Shown here piece by piece: positions 25,448 through 38,844 of a DNA stretch of 44,688 bases. How positions within the stretch are numbered: position 1 is the first letter of the stretch; each line of letters opens with the position of its first letter. Source of the stretch: Octopus bimaculoides (lineage: Eukaryota). The stretch is taken from assembly GCF_001194135.2 (NCBI RefSeq), contig NC_068984.1, positions 67,443,783 to 67,488,470 of the forward strand, given 5' to 3'. Made by a program: the position numbers and the translations under genes. A model generated the notes under the pieces. The model made no database searches. It was not told the DNA's origin and was given only the letters and a program-made list of their open reading frames with translations.

Positions 25448-27364
25448 CGTACATCGTTACATTGCTATACTCTGATGAGCAATCGATATTTGTAATTCGA
25501 TTCATTCGATTGCTTCCGTCGAAGTGTCGTACTATGCGCAATGATGAACTGTAAATGAAATATCACCTCAAGCAGTAGCCAAGTTTTGAAAAAAATTATA
25601 AAATTAAGTTCAGATATCTATTAAAATATTGAAAAACTGTTAATACGTTATGAAGAATGTCTTGAAGGCTTATATTTCACAGTGAATTTCTTTTAAATAT
25701 ATTTCCATATTATTGATTAAATTTTGTTACGTAGTTTTTCAAAATATGATCTTACGTAGTGGAGACCTAATTTAAGTATAAATACAATTTTTAATATATT
25801 TCAGTGCAGAATGGTTGGTTGACTTCTTTAATCTACATCGAAGCTTTCTTAGTTTATCCTTTCATATATATGTAGTAATTACTTTTCATAATTCTTGTTA
25901 TAATTGAATATATTTTTATCTAAGTAAATTTACCTTAGCACAATATACGTGATGTTGGCTATATTTGACTAAGTATTTACTTTGTATATTTATAACGGAA
26001 GGCATAAACACAAAACGTGTTTAAAGTAAAGCGAGATAGCTTCAAATGGGATTTGAAATCCGGTTGTACCGTACCTTATTGGTTGTCTCCATATTCCTCT
26101 ATGTTACACAACATAACTGAAGTCATGTTATAAACTGTATGTGAGTTGACAAATTACGGTGAGAAAAAGCAGACTCAAAAAGCGGTTCGACAGCCCATTT
26201 ACGTCAGGTGGGTAACCTTGTAACAGATAGCTTTGATTTGACACTAAAATATTCTCAATTAACTGTATCTCAAAATATAGGATATGCACTAAAAACATTA
26301 GGCTACAAATATGGAATGACATAATCTCTCGAAATAATTTCTATGGACTATGAAAGCAAGATATTTAAATAACATTTACGATAAATATGAGAATGACAAG
26401 ATCTCAACTGCCTTCGGAATAGTTTTTGTTTATATATATCAATAACATAGCAACGTACGAAAAAGTAGTTTTTGATTTCCTTCTGAATTAGGCACAATGA
26501 GAAATAACTTAGGGAATTATATAGTTGGACCTATTACATTCATGTAAGTTTTGCACTCATTTTACTTATTTATTCTAAAATAAAAAGTTGAAAGTCTTAA
26601 CCAAGTCTAAAATAATTTGAAGCGTGAAAAATGGGGGCAAGAAAATTAAATTTTATATGTAAGTTACTTGGATGTTTTACCCTTTCTATAATTGCGTCTA
26701 CTCTCGCACAAAAGTCACAACAATTCTTGAGAAATTCTCTAAGGATTGTATACAACATTATGTTCAGTAACTTAAGAATCAGCGACAATATGGTCGCCAA
26801 TGGAAAATGAGTGGATCTATATTTAAACTAATTTTACTTATCTTTGTTTCAATAAGCATCGTTTCTTATTCTATTTACTTCCCCTTCCTATAGAATATTC
26901 TGAAATATCTAAGGTGCGTGATGTTATCTTCATTATGGACGTCAACAGTTATGCAGCTGTTTGCAAGTAAACTTAAATATTAGATTGATGAAAGTATTAT
27001 CGGCACAGCATAACCTATGTCGATTAGGTTTCTTCAGATTTGATCAATAAAGGGTTTGGATAACCCATTTTACAGTAAAATTTAAGAAACGCTTATGAAT
27101 ATATTTTTGTTTTTGTGCCTTGTTTTACTCCAAATCACACAATTATTAATACAGGTTAGTTTCTGTCTTTATTCCACTTTCGTCATTTTCGAGGTTTTTG
27201 TTGTTATCACAGCATTGTGAATATTGCTTTCAGAAAAAGAAATGAATACTTCAAAACTGTTGCAGTTTGTTAATACGGTTGGTTGTTTAGTGACTAACGA
27301 AGATGGCAATAAAATCATTTGTATTATTCAAACCGAATGTTGCTTAGTATTATTAATATGGCTT

Positions 27365-27440
27365 TATTATCATCATCATCATTATTATTAGTATTATTAT
27401 TATCATTATTATTATTATTGTTATCATTATCATTATTAGT
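27365..27440. repeat. (ATT)/(ATC)n trinucleotide tract
   Basis: Directly visible. Confidence 0.92.
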
Positions 27441-27912
27441 ACCTTTGAATCTGGTGTATGTAATTTCCTACCAAACTACTAATAAGCGTACATAAGAATA
27501 GCAACTTCGTTATATTTTTATAGAACATTACCTTAGGAGGCATAAGACTATGATGGATATGATGTGATGAAAGAGTATAATGAAGCAGAAAATGGCAAAG
27601 AATGTTACAGCATTATATAATGGAAAATAAGTATTCACGCCAACTAACTCGTCTAATAATAATATCTCGTGAACTAAACATTGCTGAGACTAACAATGAA
27701 ATCAATAAGAAATTTCGATTTCCCTCTTTAATCGGTTTCTTAATAAATGACTTAGAATAAAGGAAGAATGTATGGCCGGCAGAAATCAATAAACCATGTA
27801 GACTAGGAATTTTAGCAAAGCAAATCCGAAGAAACTGGTAGAAAACTCGTTTTATTGAATGGATCAAAATGAGATGAAGGACATACCCAATATAAATGAA
27901 TTAATGAAGCAT

Positions 27913-27914
<2 letters not shown>

Positions 27915-27956
<42 letters not shown>

Positions 27957-28110
27957 TAGATAGATACATTTACACACATACATATATATATATACGTTCA
28001 CATAAAAACAGACATACACGCACATACACATAAATATACACAACTGCATATGTGTATATATATATATGTATGCGTGTGTATGTGTGTATGGGTGGGAGAG
28101 AGAGAGTGAA
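27915..28110. repeat. Compound (TA)n/(CA)n/(GA)n microsatellite
   Basis: Directly visible. Confidence 0.92.
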
Positions 28111-28211
28111 ATCAAATGCGTGTATAATACTTATGTGATTCTATAGACTATATACGCAGGTATACTTTTGCGTGTGAAAGTATACTGAATATTAAACACA
28201 ATTTTAAATAC

Positions 28212-28270
28212 TGTGTGTGTATGTGTGTGCGTGCGTGTGTCTATTTATATGTATATATATATTTGTATAT

Positions 28271-28310
<40 letters not shown>

Positions 28311-28487
28311 ATATATGTATATATATGTAAATATGTATACATATATATATGTATATATTTGCATGCATACATACATATACACATATATATATATATACAT
28401 ATANNNNNNNNNNGTATATATGTATATATATGTAAATATGTATACATATATATATGTATATATTTGCATGCATACATACATATACAC

Positions 28488-28552
<65 letters not shown>

Positions 28553-28556
28553 TACA
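28212..28556. repeat. (TA)-rich microsatellite containing a 10-N gap (28404-28413)
   Basis: Directly visible; 28309-28403 is repeated at 28414-28508. Confidence 0.95.
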
Positions 28557-29967
28557 CCGTGTTGTATGTTCCATGTTGACCTGGGCATTCAGCTATATTT
28601 CAAACTACTGATGTCAGTATCATGTAACATGGGGTATGATAGTTTGCGGTGATCAACAATGCAGAGCTGCAGGCATTGTTTGAACTGATCATTATTAGAC
28701 TCTATATTGCCTGTGCAGCCATTTTTCGTTGTTTTTATAGTGTACATTATGAATAAAGTCGGATCAATTCCAAACAACAGAAGCAAAACGAAAACTATAC
28801 CACCCAGAAACAGAGAGAAAAAAAAAGCAAATGGAATACACAAAGTGAAAGAGGATGATGCAGGGAAGGCGGAGGGATATCGAGAGATCCTCTGCCCGGG
28901 AATGATTTGAGTATGCTACTAAAGTCATCGTTACATAGATGAGCGAAGAAAACGGAATACTAAACCACGGAAAGCGGTGCGTACCAGTGAATACATTGAT
29001 GTCCGGATTACTCTGAGACTAAGTATAGTAAATTCAATGATATAATTTATAATAAAATGTGTATGAATCATGTGCCTGAGCAACATGAGGTCATCTTCTT
29101 GTCTGTCTTTCTTTATGCATTCAAAATGTTCAAGTGGAATCAAAGAAATATGAGACGCGCAGAGATGATGACGATGTTCTAAAGATGTACAGGCACCGAC
29201 TATGTGGTACGAACATGTTTTCTCCTGCAAAACAAAAATAATGATGAACTGTCGAAAATTCAAATTTATATCTCTGAAGCACACCTGAATTTCGCCAAAT
29301 CATTTGGAGTCATTACACAGCAATATATTTAACGTCAACTAACGGAACCTATGGAAAGGTGAAACTACTGTGTATCATCTTCTGTCACATGACATGTCAT
29401 GCTGCTGGGCAAACTAAGTTTTTAGTCTAAATTTACATTCATCATATAATTGTTCAAGCTAGCCATCGAATATATACTAAAGCATTTGCTTCAAGAAAAC
29501 TTGATACCCCTACGGTGATAACTTATTCATTTAATGACTACATACCACCCGATTTATCAACTTGACATTATTTTACAGAAGAATGTTTAATGTTTGCAGC
29601 ATATAAACCAAATGAATGAGTATTTTTATCCACTATACTTTATTCTTTTGTTCGTAGGAAGAGAGATCGTTGGAAACATGCTAGCCATGTGCTTGAATAA
29701 TAGAGACAACTTTTCGCAGATGGACCACTGCGCCTGCTATGGAGCACAGCATTATATAGCACATCAGTGATTTTAAAACGTTTCAGTTAGGCGGAGGAAT
29801 ATCACAATAGTCCATTTTCAGTAGCTGTTGTTAAGTAGAACAAGGGTTGCTTAAATGAAATCCAAAGATTCTGCAGGACCTAAGTGCAGAATTATATGCG
29901 GTGTAATGGGCGGAAAGCAGCGGGACAACACATAAACGCATTGGCAGCTATAATTTGCACATTTATT

Positions 29968-30007
<40 letters not shown>

Positions 30008-30099
30008 AAAAGTAAAGAAGGAGGTACGAAACGCAACAACAGCCCAGACTAGTCTCCCCCATGGAACAACTTGCCAACTAGCAGAAGATGCCTTAAAGC

Positions 30100-30732
30100 C
30101 CGAATTGGGACTCATCCGCTACATTCAGGTGCACCAACAACCAACCCAATATGGATAGGCTATGATAGGTTTTTCAAACAGCAAAAACCTTTCACAAGTC
30201 ATTTCTTAACATAACCATAAGGTATTAAATACAAATCCGCTTAATGAAAATAATAAGTGATATTATTAACGCTAACCATCCTTTGAACAATAATAGCAAC
30301 AACATTATTATTTCTAATATAAATCCAGACCGAATTCGTTTCCTTAGCAGTTATTCTAAAACTAGAAACACTGTTAATCAATGTAAAATTACTTCCAGTT
30401 CTGATGTCTTTTTTTTATATGGGTAGCTCTTCACCCCAGTTATTGAAAAGAAGATCTAACCAGTATTCTACATTTAGATATATCAAGAAACGCAACAATA
30501 CTGAGCTTAGTAAATATATTTGGTCTCTAAAGAAATATAATAAGCAATATGTTTTGGGATAGAAACTTCTTAATCCTTCCCATATGACAAAGGTAGAGCT
30601 TTTTGTTCGCTCTGTAACGAATAACTAATTTTCATCCCTTTCTCGAGGAATACTCTTGTAAACACGTTTAAAGAAAGCGTCTATCGTTGTTGTAAACTTT
30701 GGCAAAAACATACCTTTAGTTCCTATAAGTAA
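30100..30732 (+). mobile_element. Degraded Penelope-like retroelement (RT thumb/linker and GIY-YIG endonuclease C-terminus)
   Basis: KRNNTELSKYIWSLKKYN (30488), then after a frameshift SFPYDKGRAFCSLCNE*LIF...LVNTFKESVYRCCKLWQKHTF..K* (stop 30730-30732). Matches the PLE pattern TELSKYIWxLK...PY...CxLCxxEK...NKRxE...C. Upstream MKIISDIINANH resembles the PLE linker. A pyrimidine-rich tail follows. 5' boundary uncertain. Confidence 0.75.
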
Positions 30733-32004
30733 TTTCTACCAATCTATAAAATTCGACCTTTAACTGTCTTCTTTCATTTCATTTTAACTACGTATATCCG
30801 TTTCTACGCTTTTAAACTTTATTCCCATTCATGTATCACATTATATTTTTCCACTCTTCATTTCCTCATAATTTCTTTCTTTCTCCTCCTTCTCATTCTC
30901 TAACTCAACTTTGACGCTAAATCTATAAAAATTTTTTTTTTTTAAATAACTTGCTAGCGTTCTCCTAGCATCATATACTTACATACGCAGTAATCACATT
31001 CGGTTAAAATGGCTTATTGAGGTGTTTTGTTCCCTTTTTTTTGCCCTTACGAGATGATAGCATTGTTTTACATAAGTTCCCCCCCCCCCCTGGAATAATC
31101 TCAATGCTTTTTTCGAAACGTATGTTGGACGTATAAATGATTTGAATTACACCTGTATTTGGCTCCATCTCTTAATATATATACTTCTTAATACGTATGC
31201 TTCAGCATATCTTTGTACTATATTTCACTAAAGTATAGTGCCTTTTTAAAATCTAGTATATATGACAACTTAGTGCGTAAATTGTACAAAATAACGGTAG
31301 GAGATTTTTTTTAGGTTCTCAGAACTTTCAGATAGTCTTAAAACTTTGTAGAAATTTATATTTGCGACGTGAAATTAGATTTAAATAATATTATGTATCA
31401 AAGAAGATAATGACTTTTTATGTATTTTCTTCAGACTACAAGTTTTATTTACTAACAATTACAATAATATCTAACGACTCCCGTTCTGCTCTAGTATTGA
31501 ACGATATTTCCCTCGCCTCGTCAGCCAACGTTTCTTGTGTTATCAAACCTAAGAAACTTATTGTGTCGGATTAAAATTCATAATGGTGTCACAATTAATA
31601 TACATACAATGTAACTCCGATGATTTAAGAAATATTTACAATCGGGTTGCAAGCTGTCTAAACTTTACACCTGCAGCGCCGAAAATCTAAAGCTAAATAA
31701 CACTTTCTTAACAACGGTGATGCGACAAAAGGAAAATCAAAAAGTTATATTTTGTGCGACAGGATATATTATTATGAATATAAATTTTATAATACATGAC
31801 CATAACTTGCTTTGCTAAACACTGATATTTGTAAGTTACGATTTAGTAAGAAATATTAATGCATCAATGCAAACATATGTGCGTACATACACATCTTTTA
31901 TATTTTACTTGTTTCAGTCACTCGAATACGACCATGGTGGGGGACAAACACAATATCCCGCACACACGCACGCACCCACACACAATAAGAATACGACGTG
32001 TATA

Positions 32005-32007
<3 letters not shown>

Positions 32008-32064
<57 letters not shown>

Positions 32065-32075
32065 TATACATATAT
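32008..32075. repeat. (TA)n microsatellite
   Basis: Directly visible. Confidence 0.95.
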
Positions 32076-32341
32076 ATTCACATAATTGTATATGCGTTTG
32101 AAGTGTTTTGTATGTTCTATATATGGTAGCAGGAAAGCCTGAAGAAAGTTTGTTATAACAAGTATGAAAGTCTACGTTTAATATATTACCGTCATTTGAA
32201 TCATCGAATATCGACAGATGAAATGTGAAATGTGTCTTGCTTAGTTTTGAACTTGATAGACAAAAGCACTAATCTAAATGTGTTGCATTGAAACGCGAGC
32301 TTTATTTTCTAGAACGTCAATTGATATTGATTCGTAATGTA

Positions 32342-32520
32342 GGCACAAGACGTCAAATTTAGGGAGGTGTAGAGCCAATTATATCGATCCCTGTACTTAA
32401 CTGGCTGCTTATTTTACCGATTTAAAAGCAAACATTACATCAAAGTTGATCTCGGTGAGATCTGAGCTTAAATAGTGAATTTATTCAACTGAATATCACA
32501 AAGCACTCTAATGAATCTAC
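32342..32520 (-). mobile_element. Degraded SINE family A
   Basis: ggcacaag...tcgatccctgtacttaactgg..cttattttaccg...aaagttgatctcgg. Confidence 0.55.
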
Positions 32521-35500
32521 TAATGTACCACACTCAAGTAGCAATTATTTTGCATTGGTTTCATAAAATATACTTCCTTTACCTAAATAAAATACGCTTC
32601 TAACATGTATACATTATTTAATTAGTCCAATTTCATATGGAAATACCTCTTCTCGACTTCGAAAGTGATCAAATCTTAAAGTAACTTGTTCGCGAGTACA
32701 AACCACTTTTATGATGAAAAAAAGTTTACATCTTAAACAAAACATTTGTTTGCATGGTAAATATCACTGAGTAGATTGTCTTTCACAGGAGAGTAATTCT
32801 TGTTCTGTGGCAGACAGTATTTGGGGTGGGGTGGAGGTGTACTGTCAGCATTATAAAATATTATCATTATTGTTTTGCTCTGAAGGAATAAAAGAAATTG
32901 TTGTATGTGATAAATAATGTTTTCTGTATTTCATTTAGTGTATATCTACGAATTTTGGTGTCTTGAAGTTACATATACTTTGAAAATTGGAATATTTTAT
33001 ATACTACAACTGCATAGAAATGTGTAAAGAGTAGACTAGTATGTTATGTGCTAAAAAGAAATATTTCAGTGAACGAAATTCAACTGGAATTTTCGTGTAA
33101 ATAAAGCCATGTGTTCGAAATGGAAATGATATTTCGAATTTTGTAAACTAAAATAAACACTGTCTTTCAAGAATGGTTAATTTTACTGTTTATCATACAG
33201 CTACATTTACATATTGTGTATTTTTCTAATTGATGAGAAAACAAGCATGGTGCGATTTATACTCGAACTTGAAGTCTACTTCAATACTTTTTACGTTAAT
33301 GCAATTAACAAGCATATTTCTTTTGTTTATATTGAGTAAACCATGTTTTCTAACCATAACAATAAGCTAATATTGCAACATATCATGATCAATTCGCACA
33401 GATGTTACATTCGCTTAAGACATTGCAGCATGAAACATAAAATGTTAGGATTTGACTAACAGTCAATGACTGGAGAGAATGATATTTACTCTCTCGGAAT
33501 GAAAATAGTAATGCGACATAAGCACTGAGGAACAAAAGGAAAATAACTGGATGTTTTGAAGAACTATGATTTCTTGGGAAAAAGATAAATGGATAACAAA
33601 ACAGAAGGCAGAATATGAATAAATGAGAATTTATTTAAGCGGAGTGTCTAGGATATATTTTATACAAAACAATTCTGTACCAGTATATTAAAAAAAAAAT
33701 ATTTATTTTAGATGCCAATATATATATTTTGCATCACTTTGCATATATTTCAGAGAGATCATGTTCTGGATTGAGTTTATACATCGGTATAAAAAACTGT
33801 CTTATAAATGAAATGATATACAGATTTTTTTTTAAAGAAACTACTTTCCTGGTTGCAGAGGATCTAAAGAAACACCTTGTTTGAAATACATGACAGCAGA
33901 GGCATATAATATAGCAGAAAGGTAGAAAATGTTGAAGATTTAATCATTAAAGATTATTTTCTGCTTCAAGAAACTAGTTTCTTGGATCGTTTCTTTATTT
34001 TGTTACTTTAGAGTTTAAAAAAATGTACTTTTCTAACATTTTCTTTTAAATATCAAGTTCTGCAAGGAAAGCGGAATCCGTTTTTTTTAATGCAGTTTGT
34101 GTTTCATATTTCCATCACCATTTCAAACAACATGTAGCAGATCGATATATGATCAACAATAAAAAAATCACTTATAACTGATTCACATCTCTAAGCTTCA
34201 AGCGTTAAAATCATCGTTAGCTCAAAAGGTTTACAACAGAAGAGTTATAGAAACAGTTATATTACTGGTAAATAGTTTATCCGTCCACACAATAAAAGGA
34301 AGACACGCTTTTCTAAAATTATAAACGCATGAATTTTTGCAAATATTTAGCAAAAAAAAAAAAAAATGACGATGAAAGAGCATATACCAGGATGTTTATA
34401 TATTTAGAAGTTATCTCGTTTTATACTTAGTCAATGACAGAAAGGAAGCGCAGTTAATTTCTTCCGAGACACGCATGATTCGATGATGGTTGCTGAAGGG
34501 AACAGAATCTCAAGATATCAAGTTGTGATGTAACAGTAGATCTGACCTAAATATTTGCTACAGAGTTGGACCCTCTAAAGGCACCCATACATTTTAGTGC
34601 TGATGTTTAAAAGGGTGATGACTAACTCTCCTCAAAAATAAGTACAGTTGATGAGAAGCGTCTAACAATTTTTTATTGACAACTTCGGTCGATTCGTTCA
34701 GTTGAATCATGCCTAGGACTACTGATTGCCTAGTTATGTGTATAAGGTTTTATTTTTTGATTCAGAAACTATTGAATACCAATGTCGATCAAGAAAAAAT
34801 GTAATACTAGTTATATGAAATAAATTATGAATGTATCTGTGGACTATTTATGATATATTTTACCTCTATCATATAATTTCATATATTTTCTCTTTTCCAC
34901 AATTTAAATTCTTTAATTCGCTAACTAGTTGTTTCATAAATAGATATATTAGACAGTCATCATTTTGAAAACAACCTATATATATATAATCGTAATCAAT
35001 AGATGTGTAAAAAGAATGTTTGCTCTAATTTATTATATTAATTACCGTTTAATTTCAGCGACAATGAAGCTAAAACTAAACAAACCGAGCCCTACATACT
35101 AATGAACAGTATATTCTTTAATTACTAATATAAGAACTGGTCAGAAATTTTGCGGGTGCTTCCACAGTAGCGGTGTCAATGTAGTTGTTATTCAAATTGA
35201 AACGGCGCATTTGATTCGTTTTAAAGGAACACTGGAAACCTTGAAAAGTATGAAGCACTTCAAAAGTTATATTTTTACAGGTACACATTGCGGCAACTGC
35301 ATTGGGGCTTTGTAGATATTAGTAACTGATCTTTTGGGTATATTCCACTATTTTAGAGAAGATAACATCAAATCCTTGGAACGCGGTTCTTGGAAATATA
35401 AAATTTATTGTATCCATAAAAGATTATATTTTTGGGAAAACTGGCATATGTAGAAGGCTTTAGGAGTGACGGATAGTTTAATCTTGCTAATGAATGGAGA

Positions 35501-36614
35501 GAATGTTAGGTTTTGCTACTGTTTATTGCAATATCGAGGATAAAACAGGTACATATTGAAAGAATCTGGTTCTGGCTATTATACGATGCGAAACTGTAAT
35601 CAGGTTTTCATAGAGTTATTAACATAATAAACATGACACATTCGACTTGGCTCCAAGGTAAACCAATATCATGCGAGGAGAGAACGAAACATGAAAGCGA
35701 GCATTTTAAAAGTTTCCTTTGTTGTGATTGAGAATGAAATAGCGAATTAATGCATTTATAAAATAAGCTGATTTACACTATTATTTCAGAAATAACCAAC
35801 CGACAGTCTTATGTGGTTTACAGCCAAAATAAAATTGATATTGTGTATGAGTCCCAAACATGCAATAAAAAACTTCAATTAATGTTTTCTTTTATGAATT
35901 ATCGAGTTTATAACACTGTAAAATACATTATTCAACATTAAAGCTATTCAACTATAATTAAATTAGAAACCCTTTATAAGATGCATCAACAAATAAAAAA
36001 TAATGACTGAGAAAATGCAATTATTTTATCTTCATCCATTTCTTTCAGTTTGTCAACTCCAATTATATCTTACATTCACATTGAACGTATATTTTTAATA
36101 TAGCTTAAAAGATGCTCCCGATGAATATCTCACTTCCTTTGGTAGAATATATGCTTATTAACATTGACTTTCTCTTTGACGGTGCTCACATATTTAATTG
36201 CTAATTGAGAGGAGTGGTATCCTAATTTCATTTTTGCTCTGAATGAAGTATGTATATTATAAATGCTTTTTTATGTCGGATAATGTATTCTATCATGATT
36301 AATTTTCTGAGTGTAGATTTGATGTATAACGATTTCTTAAAAAAAAAAAAAACATTAAAAGTCATCTCTTTCGGAAAGTTAGAGTTTTCAAAAGTTATTT
36401 AAAAAATAAATAGTTTATGACAGCCATGTACTTTTCCTCTGCTTTTATAATTAGCCATTATCTTGTACTTGGGCAAGATACATTATTTGCTTGTTATGTT
36501 GCAGTGGAAAAATTGCGGAAACGAACAAATTACAGGCAAGCTGCTGGATATATTAGCAAATGCATTACACACACACACATACACAATACACACACACACA
36601 CATACACACACAAA

Positions 36615-36753
36615 ACCACGTTCCCTGGGGGTGTAGGCCCTCTGCATGGCACCTTGGAAATCAACCTTCCACTATAGCCATGGGCCGATTAATGTTTTTT
36701 GAGTGGATTTGGTAGTTTGGTAGACCGAAACTGAAAGAAGCCTGTTGCATATG

Positions 36754-36808
<55 letters not shown>

Positions 36809-37053
36809 GCATGTGTGTGTGTGAGAGAGAGAGTGCGTGTGTGGGCTTGCGTGTTTGCGTTTGTGGCCCACCAATGCTTAACAGCCACTGTTGGTATGTT
36901 TACGACCTCCATAACCTAGCAGCTTGGAAAAAAATACCTATAGAATAAGTTCCAGATTTGAAACAAATAACTACTAAGGTCGATGTGTTCAATTAAAACT
37001 CTTCAAAGAGGTGAGCCAGCACAGCTTTAATCTAATAGACGAAAGAAGTAAAA
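36615..37053 (+). mobile_element. SINE family B with internal (TA)n/(TG)n tract
   Basis: gcatggcaccttgg...ctatagccatgggccg...gagtggatttggtag...gaaactgaaagaagcc, microsatellite, then ctaaggtcgat...ttcaaagaggtg. Confidence 0.75.
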
Positions 37054-37441
37054 TTTGCACCATGAAAGATATATATTTCCATTACCATATGAAATTGGTT
37101 TATTAGTGCTGATTGAATCCTCTCAATCGCTAATCTACATAGCCATCTTTAAAACAAATTATTTCTGTGTGTATAATGCTACGTACTATTTTGTGGAGTC
37201 TTACGAAAGAGAGACATACTATTCGGAACATTCTATGTTTCAGCGATTACCATACATTCACATAATGTTATAAGTTTCGTTATGGGTTTAAAACATAACT
37301 TAACATCTCATTGCGATGCGATTACGAAATTTCTACAGTACCTTTATTATAAGAAGAATCAGTTTGGTTGTTGTGCCGATTGAATCAAAAGAGGATACCA
37401 GGAATGTACACCTTGTGTAATTTAAGCTTCCGGTAAGCATA

Positions 37442-37825
37442 GGTGCAGGCGTGGCGTGGCTGTATGATAAGAAGCTTGCTTACTAACCACATGGTTCCGG
37501 GTATAGTCCCACTGCGTGGCACCTTCGGGAGTTGTCTTCTACTATATCCTTGGGACGACCAAATCCTTGCGAGTGGGTTTGGTAGACGGAAATGTGTGTT
37601 TGTGTATCTATTTGTTTGTGTTTGTCATCCCGCCATCGTTTGCCAACCGATGCTGCTGTGTTTATGCCCGCACAACTAAGCGGTTCGGCAAAAGAAACCG
37701 ATATTATAGGTATTAGGCTTACAAAGACTAAGTCCTGGAGTCGATTTCTTCGTCTAACACCCTTCAAGGTGATGTCTCAGCGTGGCTGCAGTCAAGTGAC
37801 TGGAAGAAGTAACAGAATAAGAGAA
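37442..37825 (+). mobile_element. SINE family B, best-preserved copy
   Basis: ggtgcaggcgtggc..tgtatgataagaagcttgc..aaccacatggttccggg..agtcccactgcgtggcacctt (tRNA-like head) ... ccttcaaggtg...gcgtggctgcagtc; A-rich tail. Confidence 0.9.
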
Positions 37826-37901
37826 TATAGGTATCGTAATGATATGAGAGATCCTATAATTGTGTTGTCGTTACAATTTACTTTCAATTATTTCGCTTTT
37901 C

Positions 37902-38045
37902 AAGGCGGCGAGATGGCAGAAACGTTAGCACCCCGGGCGAAATGCTTAGCGGCATTTAGTGTCTTTACAGTCTGAGTTCAAATTCCGCCGAGGTCGACTT
38001 TGCCTTTCATCCCTTCGGGGTCGATAAATTAAGTACCAGTTGCGT
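37902..38045 (+). mobile_element. SINE family A, 5' part
   Basis: aaggcggcgagatggcagaaacgttagcaccccgggcgaaatgcttagcggc...ctgagttcaaattccgccgaggtcgactttgcctttcatcccttcggggtcgataaattaagtaccagttg; gagttcaaattcc is a B-box-like motif. Confidence 0.92.
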
Positions 38046-38396
38046 GATTTTCGCAATATGACCTATAATCAAAGGCGTTCAAGAGAAGATGACAAACATT
38101 TTTTTTCTTTAGCACAAATTGTTTCGTTCAGTGATTTCTAACGCTGGAAGAGATTTCGCGGATATTTCTAGCAAGTCAATCGACGGCCTAGATGTTCCCT
38201 CATTATCTCTACTTTGAAGGAATAGAGTTAATGGGAGAACTTATATCAGTGCAGTATAGAAACGCTCCCTAATCTTCCACCGAACATTATAACTTAATAT
38301 CTACATAATATATAAAGGGGACGAGCTGGATAAATAACATGCTGGGTAAACTACCTAGTGGCATACTTCCGACTTTATGTTCTGAATTCATATTCT

Positions 38397-38633
38397 TATT
38401 TCTTTATTGTCCACGAAGGGCTAAACATCGAGGCGACAAACACGGACAGACAAAGGCGTTAAGTCGATTACATCGACCCCAGTGCGTAACTGGTACTTAA
38501 TTTATCGACCCCGAAAGAACGAAAGGCAACGTCGACCTCGGCGGAATTTGAACTCAGAACGTAACGGGAGACGAAATACCGCTAAGCATTTCGCCCGGTG
38601 TGCTAACGTTTCTGCCAGCTCACCGCCTTCATA
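38397..38633 (-). mobile_element. Full-length family A SINE inserted into an older plus-strand family A SINE, with a 17-bp TSD
   Basis: ttctgaattcatattct at 38380-38396 and 38634-38650; the host SINE resumes as gtcaaggtcgacctcac. Confidence 0.88.
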
Positions 38634-38844
38634 TTCTGAATTCATATTCTGTCAAGGTCGACCTCACTTTTCTTTTTTTCGTAGCCAAAAAAGAAGTTCC
38701 AGTTAAGTACAGGTGTCAATGTAATTTACTAACCCCCTTCCCCAAACTTCCATATTTGGGGGAGGAGCAAGCAGAAAACAAGCATTTACTTGCTTTAGTC
38801 ATTAAAATGCGACCATTCTGAGGCAACAATTTGCAGGGACATTT

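Noticed and set aside
25472-25525. Hammerhead-like CTGATGA followed by a gcaatcga/tcgattgc stem
   Set aside because: The required GAAA does not follow stem II (ttcc instead), and no stems I/III are evident.
26046-26215. Signal-peptide-like MGFEIRLYRTLLVVSIFLY and a neuropeptide-like KRFDSPFTSGG
   Set aside because: The first ORF stops after 24 aa, the two parts are separated by stops with no workable intron, and there are no repeated peptide copies.
32822-32838. G-rich ggggtggggtggagg (possible G-quadruplex)
   Set aside because: Only two runs of three or more G; weak two-tier potential and no context.
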